Positions 13,452-24,497 of a stretch of 64,000 nt of DNA are shown here, one piece after another. Source of the stretch: an uncultured bacterium (GTDB lineage Bacteria > Margulisbacteria > WOR-1 > CAVSGV01). The stretch is from contig CAVYHE010000003.1 in assembly GCA_963768305.1 (NCBI GenBank), positions 256,001-320,000 of the forward strand, read 5' to 3'. The first letter of the stretch is position 1. Each line of letters starts with the position of its first letter. A model generated the notes under the pieces. That model made no database searches. It was not told the origin of the DNA and saw nothing but the letters and a program-made list of their open reading frames with translations. Position numbers and translations under genes: made by a program.

Positions 13452-14342
13452 TCATCCTATCAGGAAAGATATAAGGTATATAGCGCCAAAAGCCAGATGC
13501 AGTTTCGCGGTGCTGATGTCTAGAGAAACAAGTTTTTTCACGTCACCGCCGAACGCGATCCTGATAAGTCCGAATGCGATCGGCAAAGTTAAGACGACCA
13601 GAAGGGACGACACAGGGATCATTTTAAAGAACGACATGAGAGCGACAGAGAAATAAGGGAGCGCGATGAGCGAAAGATACATTGATTTCGTTCTTTCCTG
13701 CCCCAATATCGTCGCTATGGTCCGGATCCCGGCTGACCGGTCATGATGGACATCGCGGAGATTATTCCCGTTGAGGATCGCGGTCACGAGCAATCCGACG
13801 GGAATGCACGCATAGACGACAGAGTTCACCGGCATTCCCGTGAGAGCGAGGAATGCCCCTGCAGACATAAGCGGTCCCATAAGAATAAATACCATCGGCT
13901 CGCCAAGAGCGTAATATTTCCAGTAGAAAGGCCAGCCCGTATAAGCATAAGCGCCAAAGATCCCGATCAATATTATCGTAAACATTAAAGGACCTCTCAA
14001 ATAGACAAAATACGCGCCTAATGCGGCAGCAAGGAAATAAAATGCAAAAGAAACGTTCAGAATGGCCGCCGGCGTCAGCAACTTCTCAAAAATGACGCGA
14101 CTGGAGCCGAGAGAATCTTCCTTATCAACTTTATTCTTATGGTCAAAATACTCGTTGGTCAGGCAGGTAGCCGAGTTCAAGCATAGCCCGCCTACGATAG
14201 CGAGCGGAAGAAGTTTCCAGTCGACAGGAATGTCCCGATATTGCGCGTAAACTGCAGCTAGTAGAATGGGAACGAAAGTGCCGGTGAATGAAAAAGCGCG
14301 AACAGCTCGAAGCCAGGTGATAATGTGGTTTTGTTTCTTCAA
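13452..14342 (-). CDS. UbiA/MenA-family prenyltransferase
   Basis: NEYFD..KVD and NNLRD..HD aspartate-rich motifs; multi-TM. Confidence 0.85.
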   Translation of the reverse strand: MKKQNHIITWLRAVRAFSFTGTFVPILLAAVYAQYRDIPVDWKLLPLAIVGGLCLNSATCLTNEYFDHKNKVDKEDSLGSSRVIFEKLLTPAAILNVSFAFYFLAAALGAYFVYLRGPLMFTIILIGIFGAYAYTGWPFYWKYYALGEPMVFILMGPLMSAGAFLALTGMPVNSVVYACIPVGLLVTAILNGNNLRDVHHDRSAGIRTIATILGQERTKSMYLSLIALPYFSVALMSFFKMIPVSSLLVVLTLPIAFGLIRIAFGGDVKKLVSLDISTAKLHLAFGAIYLISFLIG

Positions 14343-14730
14343 TTTACGATCAATTTACCGCGCATTCCCATATGGCCAAGTCCGCAAAAAACGGAGCAGT
14401 AATAATCGTAAGTGCCAGTTGTATCAGGCGTAAAATCAATGATAGTATCTTTGCCTTTTGCGACGCTGGCATTGATCTTGAACGCGTCTATCGCGAAGCC
14501 GTGGGTGACATCCTGGGATGAAAGAATGATCCTGACAGGGATCCCTTTTTCACCGCGACCGAACTTGGGTTAAATTCATATTGCTTGGCTGATATTTCGA
14601 TCACTTGGATATTGTTCGCATTGACAGGAACGTTTTCCGGGTCAACCATCAGCGGCGAACTCATGGAGAAAGCAGGCGATATCATCATTATCATCACGGC
14701 TATAATAAATAAAGCATGTTTCTTTGTCAT
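14339..14730 (-). CDS. Secreted cupredoxin (CuA-type) domain protein; frameshift near 14545
   Basis: Signal peptide, KQYEF, then DVTHGF and CSVFCGLGHMGM (CxxxCxxxHxxM) in the shifted frame. Confidence 0.75.
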
Positions 14731-14804
14731 AGGGGATATATTTTCCAATGGGAGGAGTATGTTGTCAAGCTAAAAAACTGGTTTTAAGGTATAATTGCAA
14801 TGTC

Positions 14805-15860
14805 ATGCTGGACAGAAAAAGGACAAAGATCATATCCATCGGCAATGTTCGCATAGGCGGCGGAAATCCCATTGCCATCCAGTCCATGACGAAGACCTTC
14901 ACCCACGATGTTAAAGCGACCATTAAACAGATCAAAAAGCTTCAGGACGCCGGCTGCCGGATCATTCGATGTGCCGTGCCTGAGGATGAAGACGCTGTAG
15001 CCATCAAGGAGATCAAAAGGCATATCGATATCCCGCTTGTTGCAGATATCCACTTTAATTATCGGCTGGCTCTTGCCGCCATCGATGCCGGTGCCGATAA
15101 GATAAGGATAAATCCCGGGAATATCGGGGGCGAAGAAAAATTAAAACTGGTCGTTGCGGCTTGTAAAGATAAGGGCATCCCGATAAGGATAGGGGTCAAT
15201 TCCGGCTCGCTTGAAAAAGATATATTGAAAAAATACAAGCATCCGACAGCAGAGGCATTGGTTGAATCGGCGCTCCGGAATATCGCGATATTGGAGAAGC
15301 TAAGATTTCGAGAGATCGTGGTCTCGATAAAATCATCCAGCGTTCCGACCACGATCGATGCATACCGCAAGCTTTCAAAAAAGATCGATTATCCGCTCCA
15401 TATCGGGGTCACGGAGGCAGGGATCGGGACGACAGGAGCTATTAGATCTTCCGTCGGGATCGGCGCTCTTCTTTCCGAGGGCATAGGCGACACTATCAGG
15501 GTGTCGCTGACGGGCGATCCGGTTTCTGAGGTCATTGTGGCAAAAGAAATATTGCGGTCGCTTGAGATCGAGAAATCCGGCGCATTCATCATTTCATGCC
15601 CGACATGCGGCAGATGCGAAATGGATATCGAAAAGATCGCCAAAGAAGTTGAAAATAGAACTAAAGGGGTTAAAAAACCCGTAAAAATTGCTATAATGGG
15701 TTGTACGGTGAACGGCCCCGGCGAAGCTGCCGATGCAGATGTAGGAGTTGCCTGCGGCAGGGGAGGGGCTTTGATATTCAGGAAAGGCAGGATCGTGAAA
15801 AAGGTTCGCGAGCGGGATATTGTTAAAGGATTACTTAATGAGGTGAAAAAAATAAAATGA
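14805..15860 (+). CDS. ispG: HMBPP synthase IspG
   Basis: IQSMT, ADIHF, RINPGN, CPTCGR, GCTVNGPGEA. Confidence 0.95.
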   Translation: MLDRKRTKIISIGNVRIGGGNPIAIQSMTKTFTHDVKATIKQIKKLQDAGCRIIRCAVPEDEDAVAIKEIKRHIDIPLVADIHFNYRLALAAIDAGADKIRINPGNIGGEEKLKLVVAACKDKGIPIRIGVNSGSLEKDILKKYKHPTAEALVESALRNIAILEKLRFREIVVSIKSSSVPTTIDAYRKLSKKIDYPLHIGVTEAGIGTTGAIRSSVGIGALLSEGIGDTIRVSLTGDPVSEVIVAKEILRSLEIEKSGAFIISCPTCGRCEMDIEKIAKEVENRTKGVKKPVKIAIMGCTVNGPGEAADADVGVACGRGGALIFRKGRIVKKVRERDIVKGLLNEVKKIK

Positions 15861-17149
15861 TAGACCGATATTCCCTTGAAAAAATGAAATCCATCTGGAG
15901 CGAAGAAAATAAATTCAGGAAATGGCTGGAAGTGGAGCTTGCGGCGTGCGAGGCATGGAAAGTGCTTGGCAAAATACCCGAAACTTCGCTCAGGAAAATA
16001 AAGAAGAACGCCAAGTTCTCAATTAAGAGGATCAATGAGATCGAAAAGACCACCGACCACGATGTGATAGCATTCCTTACCAGTGTTGCCGAATACGTCG
16101 GCCCGGATTCCAGGTTCATCCACATGGGAATGACATCGTCCGACGTTGTTGATACGTCACTTGTCATTATTGATGAAGGAAGCCGCCCGGCTTATTATTG
16201 CCGATATCGGCGACCTTATAAGGGCGCTGAAAGCAAAAGCAAAACTGTACAAACGCACGCCCATGATAGGAAGAAGCCACGGCATCCACGCGGAGCCTAT
16301 TACATTCGGCCTGAAAATGGCGCTTTATTATGAGGAAATGAAAAGGAACCTTGAGCGGATGAAGAACGCCATGGAAACCGTCAGCGTCGGGAAATTTTCT
16401 GGGGCTGTCGGGACATATTCGAACATCGAGCCGAAAGTGGAGGAGATAGCCTGCAGGAAACTGGGGCTTAAGAGGGCCGAGGTCTCGACCCAGGTGATCC
16501 AGAGGGACAGGCACGCGGAATATCTTACTACGCATCGCGATAGTCGCGGCCTCGCTGGAAAAGATCGCGACCGAGATAAGGAACCTGCAGAGGACCGAGC
16601 TGCAGGAAGCCGAAGAGCCGTTCAAGCGCGGACAGAAAGGCTCATCAGCGATGCCGCATAAAAGGAACCCCATTACCTGCGAAAGGATAACCGGGCTTGC
16701 GAGGGTCCTGAGGGCGAACGCGCTTGTTTCCATGGAGAACGTCGCACTGTGGCATGAAAGGGACATAACGCATTCTTCCGCCGAAAGGATAATCATTCCG
16801 GACAGCTCCATCCTGATCGATTACATGCTCCAAACGATGACCAGGATCATAGATAATCTGGTCGTCTATCCGGACAACATGCTGAAGAACATCGACAGAA
16901 CGCAAGGGCTGATCTTTTCCCAAAGGCTTTTGCTGATGCTGGTCGAACAAGGGGCTCACAAGAGAAGAAGCGTACGAAATAGTCCAGTCGAATGCGATGA
17001 AGGCAAGAGGAAGGCGCTCGCTCCTGGAAGAGGTCCTGGCGGACCCGAAAGTGAAGAAACATATGTCAAAAAAAGAGATCGAATCCGCCTTCGACATAAA
17101 TTATTATCTGCGCAATATTGACGATATATTCAAGAGGAACGGCATATGA
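15857..17149 (+). CDS. purB: Adenylosuccinate lyase, several frameshifts
   Basis: [33 protein letters not shown]. Confidence 0.93.
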
Positions 17150-17397
17150 TGTTCAACGCGAAAGTGACCGTGAGGCTGAAAAAAGGCCTTCTGGATCCTC
17201 AGGGGACCGCGATCAACGGCGCTTTGAATTCGCTTGGTTTTGCGGGCGTAAAGGAAGTTAAGGTCGGGAAATTCATCGAAATATTCATTGATGCGAAAAA
17301 TGAAGCTGATGCAAGAAAAAAAGCCGATGAAATGGGGAAAAAGCTGCTTGCGAACCCCGTTATCGAGGTCTACACCGTGGAAATAGGGGCCGCGTAA
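17146..17397 (+). CDS. purS: FGAM synthase subunit PurS
   Basis: LDPQG..., KLLANPVIE. Confidence 0.93.
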   Translation: MMFNAKVTVRLKKGLLDPQGTAINGALNSLGFAGVKEVKVGKFIEIFIDAKNEADARKKADEMGKKLLANPVIEVYTVEIGAA

Positions 17398-17399
17398 AA

Positions 17400-18087
17400 A
17401 TGCGTTTTGGCGTTGTCACTTTTCCCGGATCTAACTGCGACTACGACTGCTACAATGCCGTAAAAAGGGTCTTGAAAGAGCCGGTCGAATTCATCTGGCA
17501 TGCGGATACGACGCTTCATAAATTCGACTGCATCATAATTCCCGGCGGTTTTTCATACGGCGATTATTTAAGGACCGGCGCCATTGCGCATTTCGCCAAT
17601 ATAATGGGAGCGGTCAAGAGATTTGGCGGCAAAAGGCGGCCTGGTGATAGGGATCTGCAACGGTTTTCAGATCCTTACCGAAGCGGGAATGCTTCCCGGC
17701 GCCCTTCAGAGGAATAAAAGCCTTCAGTTCATATGCAAGAACATCCATTTGACGTGCGAGAACAACAAGACCCCGTTCACTTCAAAGCTGAAAAAAGGGC
17801 AGATTTTAAGGATCCCGATAGCTCACGGAGAGGGCAATTATACGGCCGACAAGGAAACATTGAAGGAACTGGCCAAGAATAAGCAGATCATCTTCAAATA
17901 TTGCGATGAAAAGGGGAGGGTGACAGAAAATTCCAATCCCAACGGTTCCATGCTCAATATTGCCGGGATATGCAATAAAAAGCGCAATATTCTGGGAATG
18001 ATGCCTCATCCGGAGCGATGCTCCGAGGCTATTCTGGGCGGCATCGACGGTAAAAAGATCCTGGATTCGATTGTCCACAGCATTTAA
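17400..18087 (+). CDS. purQ: FGAM synthase glutaminase subunit PurQ; frameshift near 17625
   Basis: [33 protein letters not shown]. Confidence 0.93.
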
Positions 18088-18534
18088 TCCCTAAAATACC
18101 CAAAGTGACGATTCGCTGTGTCGAAATATTTCAAGTGCACCCTATTCATAACTTTTACCGCTATATCAACAAAAACTAAGCTATTTACCCCTCATTAAAC
18201 GCGATTAGCGCCCTTTTATTCCGGTTTCCGGTATAAATATGCCTAAGTATGCTGCTAAAATGCTAAAACCGGAGCTATTTTTGCCAATTCTCATGGGTAT
18301 AGGCTGGCAATAGAGTCCCAAAAACACTAAAGTGCGCTTGTGTAACCCTCAAATAGGGCACTTAAATTGGTGAAACATGGTCAATTTCAGAGGAAACTTG
18401 GCATACGGAATGAATAAGATCGTGAGTAAATACATCTAAATGATCATCACCAAGCATAGATCCAGTTAAACATCATTAAAATGGATGGCAACGCAAATAG
18501 ATACCGCTACCAACTGGTATTTTGAACATATTTA

Positions 18535-18562
18535 ACTTGACATAAGATATATTATGCGACGT
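18535..18562 (-). other. dif-like XerC/D recombination site
   Basis: Minus strand reads ACGTCGCATAA-TATATC-TTATGTCAAGT (11-6-11), resembling E. coli dif GGTGCGCATAA-TGTATA-TTATGTTAAAT; sits in a long intergenic gap at the gene-orientation switch. Confidence 0.8.
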
Positions 18563-18619
18563 TAGCCATGAGAGACAACAGTGATCATTAGGCAAAGTTA
18601 ATGTAGTTATAGTATGATT

Positions 18620-19705
18620 TTAAGGCGTATAGGGTTCGAAAGTAGGAGGAAATATCGAGCTGTAATAATAATAATCATTATTCTCATTATTCATTGCTGC
18701 TTCGAAGGAAGCCAGGCAAACCGGAGAAGTGCCCGAAGAGTCCACTGTCCAATCACTTTCAGTGGAAGCTTGTCCTGTTTTATTTATATTGAACCATACG
18801 TACAATTTGATATTTGTCCATTGGTGCTCGATATCATAGAATACTTTGCTTATCCATTCTGGTTTGGTAGTAGCATCAAAAGTTCCACACGCCATCTCCC
18901 CTATCATCATGGGTTTATTGGGATATAAGCTTTCAAGCGTGGAGTATATGGTTGAAAATTGTTTAGTGGGATCGTTGTCAGAAGATGAAATCCCGGCATA
19001 CCCGTCAAAACCCACCCAATCAACATAGTTATCTCCGGGATAATATTTTTCAGGGGCATTCCACGGCTCATCGGGGACACTGATACGGTTAACGCACCAT
19101 ACCCAGTTCACATTGGTGGCTCCGGCATTATTGAAAATGTCATGTACATGTTTCCAGGCGTTGATATATTTGTTTGTCGCGGCCTCATCGCTGCCATTTC
19201 TCGATCCGCTCCACGTATACCAATTACCGTTCATTTCATGGCCGAATCTGATAAAAATCGGTTTTCCATATGATACTGTGTTGGCAGCAAAGGGGATAAT
19301 ATAAACATCTTCGTTGCCGTTAATAATGTTATCGAGAGAACCAGGAGGCTGCCAGGTGATCATCGGGATGCTTCCGCGTTTTCTTATCATGTCACAAGCG
19401 TCTCTGAGCGGGTCCTGTTCCGAAAAAGCTTCGCCCCAATTAATAAAAAGCATCACAACAGAGACTTCCCTGGATATCTTAGATTCATACAGATCAACCT
19501 CTTGGGTTGTCAGCGCGGGGTCGTTAGCAAGGAAAACACCTATTCCGCAGCCGTCATAATGTCCCGAGATCTTTTGCGAGAACAGATCCGCGGCCGCGCC
19601 CGAGCTTGTCGGCGCTTGCTGGCATCCCGTCAGATAGAATAAGAGAACAATGATGCCTGCAAAATAAATCGACCTTTTTATCATCAGATCATTTATTGAG
19701 CGCAT
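18620..19705 (-). CDS. Glycoside hydrolase family 26 lipoprotein
   Basis: Lipobox LTGC, RFGHEMNGNWY, YYPGDNYVDWVGFDGY, KPMMIGE. Confidence 0.85.
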   Translation of the reverse strand: MRSINDLMIKRSIYFAGIIVLLFYLTGCQQAPTSSGAAADLFSQKISGHYDGCGIGVFLANDPALTTQEVDLYESKISREVSVVMLFINWGEAFSEQDPLRDACDMIRKRGSIPMITWQPPGSLDNIINGNEDVYIIPFAANTVSYGKPIFIRFGHEMNGNWYTWSGSRNGSDEAATNKYINAWKHVHDIFNNAGATNVNWVWCVNRISVPDEPWNAPEKYYPGDNYVDWVGFDGYAGISSSDNDPTKQFSTIYSTLESLYPNKPMMIGEMACGTFDATTKPEWISKVFYDIEHQWTNIKLYVWFNINKTGQASTESDWTVDSSGTSPVCLASFEAAMNNENNDYYYYSSIFPPTFEPYTP

Positions 19706-20336
19706 CTACAACCTCCGACGCGAACTCGTCCGAATACCTGTAAAGATCAACAGTTATAAAGTTTTTGTCAACAACGATATCCTTTTCCACATAATTTATG
19801 CCCATTTTTTTGAGTTCTCTCGCCATCGACGGGTTTATGGTGACCTTAACGTCCTTTAAAAGTCCCCATTTGGCCAGAAAATACGGAATATTGTCCATCG
19901 CGCATATCAGCCGGCCTTTATCCTTGAATTCCTTCGCTTTTTCGATTAAAACCGGGTTTTCATAGAATTTCTTAGATAAATAGCCGCCAACAAAGACAAC
20001 AGCTTCATATTTATCCGTATTTATTTGGTCCACGGTGAGATTCGGCCTCACTTTTATGGCATCGGTCCCGAGGGCCGGTTCAGTGGTGGATTCCGAAGCG
20101 ACTTCCACCGTGTACCCTGCCCTGCTGATGACTATTTTTGGGATGGTGTATTCATCATCAACGAAATTAAATTGCGGGATAATAAAAAGTACATATCCGG
20201 TCCTGGCCGGCTTAACTTCCATAGAGGGCGCATTTTCCGTTGTTTCAATAGTGTCGCAAAAGACTGGAACGCAGAAAAGGATCGATATGCAAAGCAATAG
20301 AAATGTTCTTTTCAAAAGAAGCCCCCCAACATTCAA
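19689..20336 (-). CDS. DJ-1/PfpI family protein with signal peptide
   Basis: FVDDEY, YEAVVFVGG; the usual nucleophile Cys position reads ICAMD. Confidence 0.75.
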   Translation of the reverse strand: MNVGGLLLKRTFLLLCISILFCVPVFCDTIETTENAPSMEVKPARTGYVLFIIPQFNFVDDEYTIPKIVISRAGYTVEVASESTTEPALGTDAIKVRPNLTVDQINTDKYEAVVFVGGYLSKKFYENPVLIEKAKEFKDKGRLICAMDNIPYFLAKWGLLKDVKVTINPSMARELKKMGINYVEKDIVVDKNFITVDLYRYSDEFASEVVDALNK

Positions 20337-20358
20337 TTATTATATCTTAAACAGGAGA

Positions 20359-22062
20359 TCATAGCCATCTGCTCGGCACAAGTTCGAAAGAGAAATTGAA
20401 TTCAGACCTTAATTTGTCAACATCCCTTTTAAGGATGTAACTGAAAATGAGGTTGTAACAATGCATCCCGAGCAGCAGTTCATAATCCACCTTGAAAAGG
20501 TCCCAGCTGGGCAGTTCATATGAAGCCTTCATCGAAAGATACGACCACCAGGCATTCATCTTTACGCTGCCCGTGAACGTATCATAAGGCGAATACCAGT
20601 ATCCCTCGAACAGATATGGCGAAAATCCCTCCTGATTTATATAATGCGAATGGGCGTAAGTCAAGGTCAGGCGGTCGAAATACTTTTGTTCGAGCGCCAG
20701 CTTTTGTTCCGCCCTGTCCCATGACTCCGATGATCCGGTATCGCCGTTAAGATCGCCGTTAAGATCGCCGTAATGTGACGAAGCGGAGTCCACTCCCGCG
20801 TTGAATTTTCCAAGCCATCCCCAATTCGCGGAGTAAAGGATGTCCGCGTAATAATTTGTCATCGTGCCGGATGTGACATAACCCGTGGGGAGGGGCGATT
20901 CAGGTTCGGGGACCTCTTCCGAGACATTGGCCGTGCTTGCCTCCATGTAATAAGTGAAAGGTTCCCCGAGCAGCGGAAGAGGTTGCCTGTTGGACCTGAT
21001 CGTGACTTTGGGCGTATAGCTGACCCTTGTGAAGGGTCCTTCATTCGCGTCCAGGTGGGGCCTTTCCCTGAGCGAATCCAGCAGCTCGAGTTCATAAGCA
21101 TATTTTCCGCCGGGCTTATAGAATTCATAAACAAGCGAATCTTCATCGAATTTTGAGAGCAATTTTGGTCCCAGCGAAATGAAATGCGTCCATCCGCCAT
21201 AACCGCCTTCCATTTCATCGCTCCCGATCCGCAGCTCACCCTCCATCCTGTCGTTAAGAATGTAATTCGCGGCAAGCGATCCCCCAAAATGGTTGTTTCC
21301 CGAGTAGCTGAGGAGAGTTTTTGCGTATGACCTTGGAGTGAAATACCAGTTAAAGCCCTGCTTGATAAAGGTCCCGTCCACCGGGTTAGCCCCGATCTCC
21401 GGGACAGGCTGCTGAATATTGGCCTCTTCCTTTTTTGCCTGGCCTTCTTCCGATAATTTCTTCGCTTTTGCTTTTTTGTCCGCATTCGCGAATTTGTCCT
21501 TCGGGACAGAAGCCGAATACACGAAAGTAGGAACGGGTATCACAGGCGCGATCCACACCCATGTTGTGGCATAATACGCGACTATCAGTCCCGTCTCCGG
21601 ATACAGGGTCACCTGTTGCGCGGAAATATGATAATGTTGTGACTGCGGCTGGTTGCTGCATCCCGTGAAATATCCGTCGTATATCTCGAATTTATCGGTA
21701 TCAAGGGTCATGTACCGGCCGCCGAGAAAAGTCTCACCGAAATCTATCCGCACTCTTTCCGCGTTGCCCGTATTTTTCCAGTAATAGTATTCCATGGAAC
21801 TGCCGGAGATGCTGTAACCTTCTTTCTTGAATATGAACTGATCCATCGCAGAGATCTTCTCATCCTTGAAATATCTGATGACATACGGAGACTCTATCCG
21901 GAAGTCGGGCCCTTTTACGACGACATGGCCTTTTGCTATAAGAACATCGCGGTATTTATCATAATGCGTGTAATCAGCGGTTATCTTGATATTTTGCGCA
22001 TAGCAATACCCGCAGCATACTATGATAAGGCAGACAAATAATGATAGCTTTTTCAAGTCCAC
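20359..22062 (-). CDS. LptD/OstA-like outer-membrane assembly protein
   Basis: Signal peptide, ITAD..Y..A.G.V OstA-like start, FTGC...HY.I.A, beta-rich C-terminus; adjacent to mla genes. Confidence 0.6.
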   Translation of the reverse strand: MDLKKLSLFVCLIIVCCGYCYAQNIKITADYTHYDKYRDVLIAKGHVVVKGPDFRIESPYVIRYFKDEKISAMDQFIFKKEGYSISGSSMEYYYWKNTGNAERVRIDFGETFLGGRYMTLDTDKFEIYDGYFTGCSNQPQSQHYHISAQQVTLYPETGLIVAYYATTWVWIAPVIPVPTFVYSASVPKDKFANADKKAKAKKLSEEGQAKKEEANIQQPVPEIGANPVDGTFIKQGFNWYFTPRSYAKTLLSYSGNNHFGGSLAANYILNDRMEGELRIGSDEMEGGYGGWTHFISLGPKLLSKFDEDSLVYEFYKPGGKYAYELELLDSLRERPHLDANEGPFTRVSYTPKVTIRSNRQPLPLLGEPFTYYMEASTANVSEEVPEPESPLPTGYVTSGTMTNYYADILYSANWGWLGKFNAGVDSASSHYGDLNGDLNGDTGSSESWDRAEQKLALEQKYFDRLTLTYAHSHYINQEGFSPYLFEGYWYSPYDTFTGSVKMNAWWSYLSMKASYELPSWDLFKVDYELLLGMHCYNLIFSYILKRDVDKLRSEFNFSFELVPSRWL

Positions 22063-22065
22063 AAT

Positions 22066-22866
22066 TTATTTAGAGTACCTTCTGAGCACCTTGCTTGCAT
22101 CCGATGACGCTTGCCTTAATTCATTGAATGCGTCTTTCGCGTTCTTTACGGTATCTTTCACGTTACCGATGAATTCGGGATCGCTTGTAAGTTTGTCCAG
22201 TGCCGATATTACGCCGTCCAGTTCTTTGCTGACCCTGTTAATGGTGTCCGAAGCGGTGCTCAGGCTTTTTATCAGGTCCCCGAAACCGCCCCTTGATATC
22301 GCATTAGAAAGTCCCGAAGTGATCTTGTTCAGCTCGGCGGTGGTTTTTTGCATATTGATCAAGGTATCTTTCGCCGCTTTTTGGACGACAGGATCGTCAG
22401 TTATCTTCCTAACCGATTGAAGGATCCTTTTGCTTTCTTCCAGGTTCTGCGTGCCGACATCGATGAAATCCACCATCCCGAGCGTGCTGAAACCGGGAAT
22501 TACGCTTTTATTCTTGAGCATGACCGTTGATACGCCCGGCATTATCTCCACGTATTTCTGGCCGATCAAACCGTCAAAAGCGACGCGAAGGGTGGAACCT
22601 TCCGGAACGTTAATGTTGGGCTGTATGATAAGATAAACCCTCACTTCCTCCGGGCTGGGTTCTATTCGGACGACCTTGCCTACCTGGTAACCGCGGTACC
22701 TGACCTCCGCTCCCGTCATGACCCCTCCCGCGTTGTCAAAGGACCCGATGATCTCATAACCTTTCGCTTTAAGGAAGATATCCCCTTTCCAGATTATCAT
22801 CGACGCAAGTATCATCATTGCCGCCAGCGCGATCATTCCGACCTTTGCCTGCAGGGATAATTTCAT
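22066..22866 (-). CDS. mlaD: MlaD/MCE family protein
   Basis: N-terminal TM, FDNAGG...GAEVRYRGYQVGKV, GLIGQKYVEI. Confidence 0.88.
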   Translation of the reverse strand: MKLSLQAKVGMIALAAMMILASMIIWKGDIFLKAKGYEIIGSFDNAGGVMTGAEVRYRGYQVGKVVRIEPSPEEVRVYLIIQPNINVPEGSTLRVAFDGLIGQKYVEIMPGVSTVMLKNKSVIPGFSTLGMVDFIDVGTQNLEESKRILQSVRKITDDPVVQKAAKDTLINMQKTTAELNKITSGLSNAISRGGFGDLIKSLSTASDTINRVSKELDGVISALDKLTSDPEFIGNVKDTVKNAKDAFNELRQASSDASKVLRRYSK

Positions 22867-22885
22867 TTACATTACCTCCTCGTTA

Positions 22886-23662
22886 TTATGACGCTTTTCC
22901 CGTGACGAACTGTTTGATCACGGGATCCTTTGACGCAGCAGTTTCATCCGGAGTCCCCGCCTCAAGTATCTTCCCATTATGAAGCATAACTATCCTGTCG
23001 GCAATCTTATAAACCGTGCTCAACTGGTGCGTCACCACTATCGCGGAGGTACCGAGCTTCCCGTGTATGTCCAGGATAAGGTCCTCGATCGATGTGGCCG
23101 TTGTTGGATCCAGCCCTGTTGTCGGCTCATCATAGAGGATGATCTCAGGTTCCGTGGCCAGTGCCCTGGCAAGACCCACTCTTTTTTGCATTCCGCCGGA
23201 CAGCTCGGCCGGCATCAGGCTCTCAGACCCATTTAACCCCACCATTTCCAGTTTTTCCGACACTATCTGAAATATCTTTTTTTCGGGAAATTTAGAATGC
23301 TCTCTGAGACCGAATGCCACGTTCTCCCCAACCGTCAAAGAATCAAAAAGCGCCGAGGACTGGAATACCATGCCGATGCACCTTCTTGCGTTCACCATTT
23401 CTTCCTTGTCCATGCCGGCGATGTTAACGCCCTTGATCCTTATCTCTCCCGATGTGGGAGGGAAAAGCCCTATGATCAGCCTTAATATAGTGCTTTTCCC
23501 GCATCCGGACGGCCCGATGATGGCCAGTGTTTCGCCTTTTTTAAGCGCAAGGTCCACTCCGTTTATGACGCTCTTTTCGTTAAAACTCTTATGAACATCG
23601 ATCAATTCGATAACATTGCCGGACGGCTTTTCAGCTGAAATTGCTTTTTTGACCTTTTTCAC
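22886..23662 (-). CDS. mlaF: MlaF-like ABC ATPase
   Basis: GPSGCGKS, LSGGMQKR, YDEPTTGLDP; lies between mlaE and mlaD. Confidence 0.88.
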   Translation of the reverse strand: MKKVKKAISAEKPSGNVIELIDVHKSFNEKSVINGVDLALKKGETLAIIGPSGCGKSTILRLIIGLFPPTSGEIRIKGVNIAGMDKEEMVNARRCIGMVFQSSALFDSLTVGENVAFGLREHSKFPEKKIFQIVSEKLEMVGLNGSESLMPAELSGGMQKRVGLARALATEPEIILYDEPTTGLDPTTATSIEDLILDIHGKLGTSAIVVTHQLSTVYKIADRIVMLHNGKILEAGTPDETAASKDPVIKQFVTGKAS

Positions 23663-23699
23663 TTGGTCGGTGAAAGATCTTTTTAATATCGAACATCCA

Positions 23700-24466
23700 T
23701 CACCTTTTAAATAATACCAGCGAAAGGAAATAATTCGCGACGAATATCGCCATGAGGGAATAGACCACGGAATTCGTGGTGGCTTCCCCTACCCCTTTTG
23801 CGCCGCCTTTTGTCTTTAGTCCCATATAGCAGCCGATTATCGATATTATCATCCCGAAAAAGATCGCTTTTATGATCCCGCCGGTGATGTCGCCCATACC
23901 AAGGAAAGAGGACGCAGAATCCATGTAACCGAAGGAATTGATCCCCACGACATATACCGCGACCAAGTATCCCCCGAAGAAACCGACAATGTCCGCGAAT
24001 ATGGTAAGTATCGGGAGCATGAACGTGCTGGCGATGAACCTTGGAACGACAAGATGCTTTATCGGGTCGCTGCCCATGGCGTAAATGGCGTCTATTTGCT
24101 CCGTTACGGACATGGTGCCTATTTCGGCGGCAAATGACGAGCCGACCCGGCCCGCGATGACAACGGCCGTTAACGCCGGCGCGAGCTCCCTTGCCACCGC
24201 TATTCCCATTACGCCGCCCACCACATTGCCGGCGCCGAATTTCACGAATTCAGAGGCGATCTGGACCGCAAAGACCATTCCCACGAATGCCGCGGTCACC
24301 ACTGCGACGGGAAGAGAATCAACCCCTATCCTCACCATCTGGGCAAGAAGGTCCCTGTAATTGAATATTCCCCTGAACGAATAAAGCAATGTTTGAAGGG
24401 AAAGGAAGGTGATCCCCCTGCTTCTTCGAACGCATTAATGATCCATTTCCCGATATCATCCAACAT
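23700..24466 (-). CDS. mlaE: MlaE permease; frameshift near 24415
   Basis: RELAP, AGRVGS..AAEIGTM.VTEQIDA, GGAKGVG. Confidence 0.9.
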
Positions 24467-24497
24467 TTTAATGTCTAACCTCTCTTGATAATGGATT

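Noticed and set aside
20740..20771. 12-bp tandem repeat in the LptD-like gene
   Set aside because: Short in-frame GDLN duplication in a probable loop; no sign of phase variation
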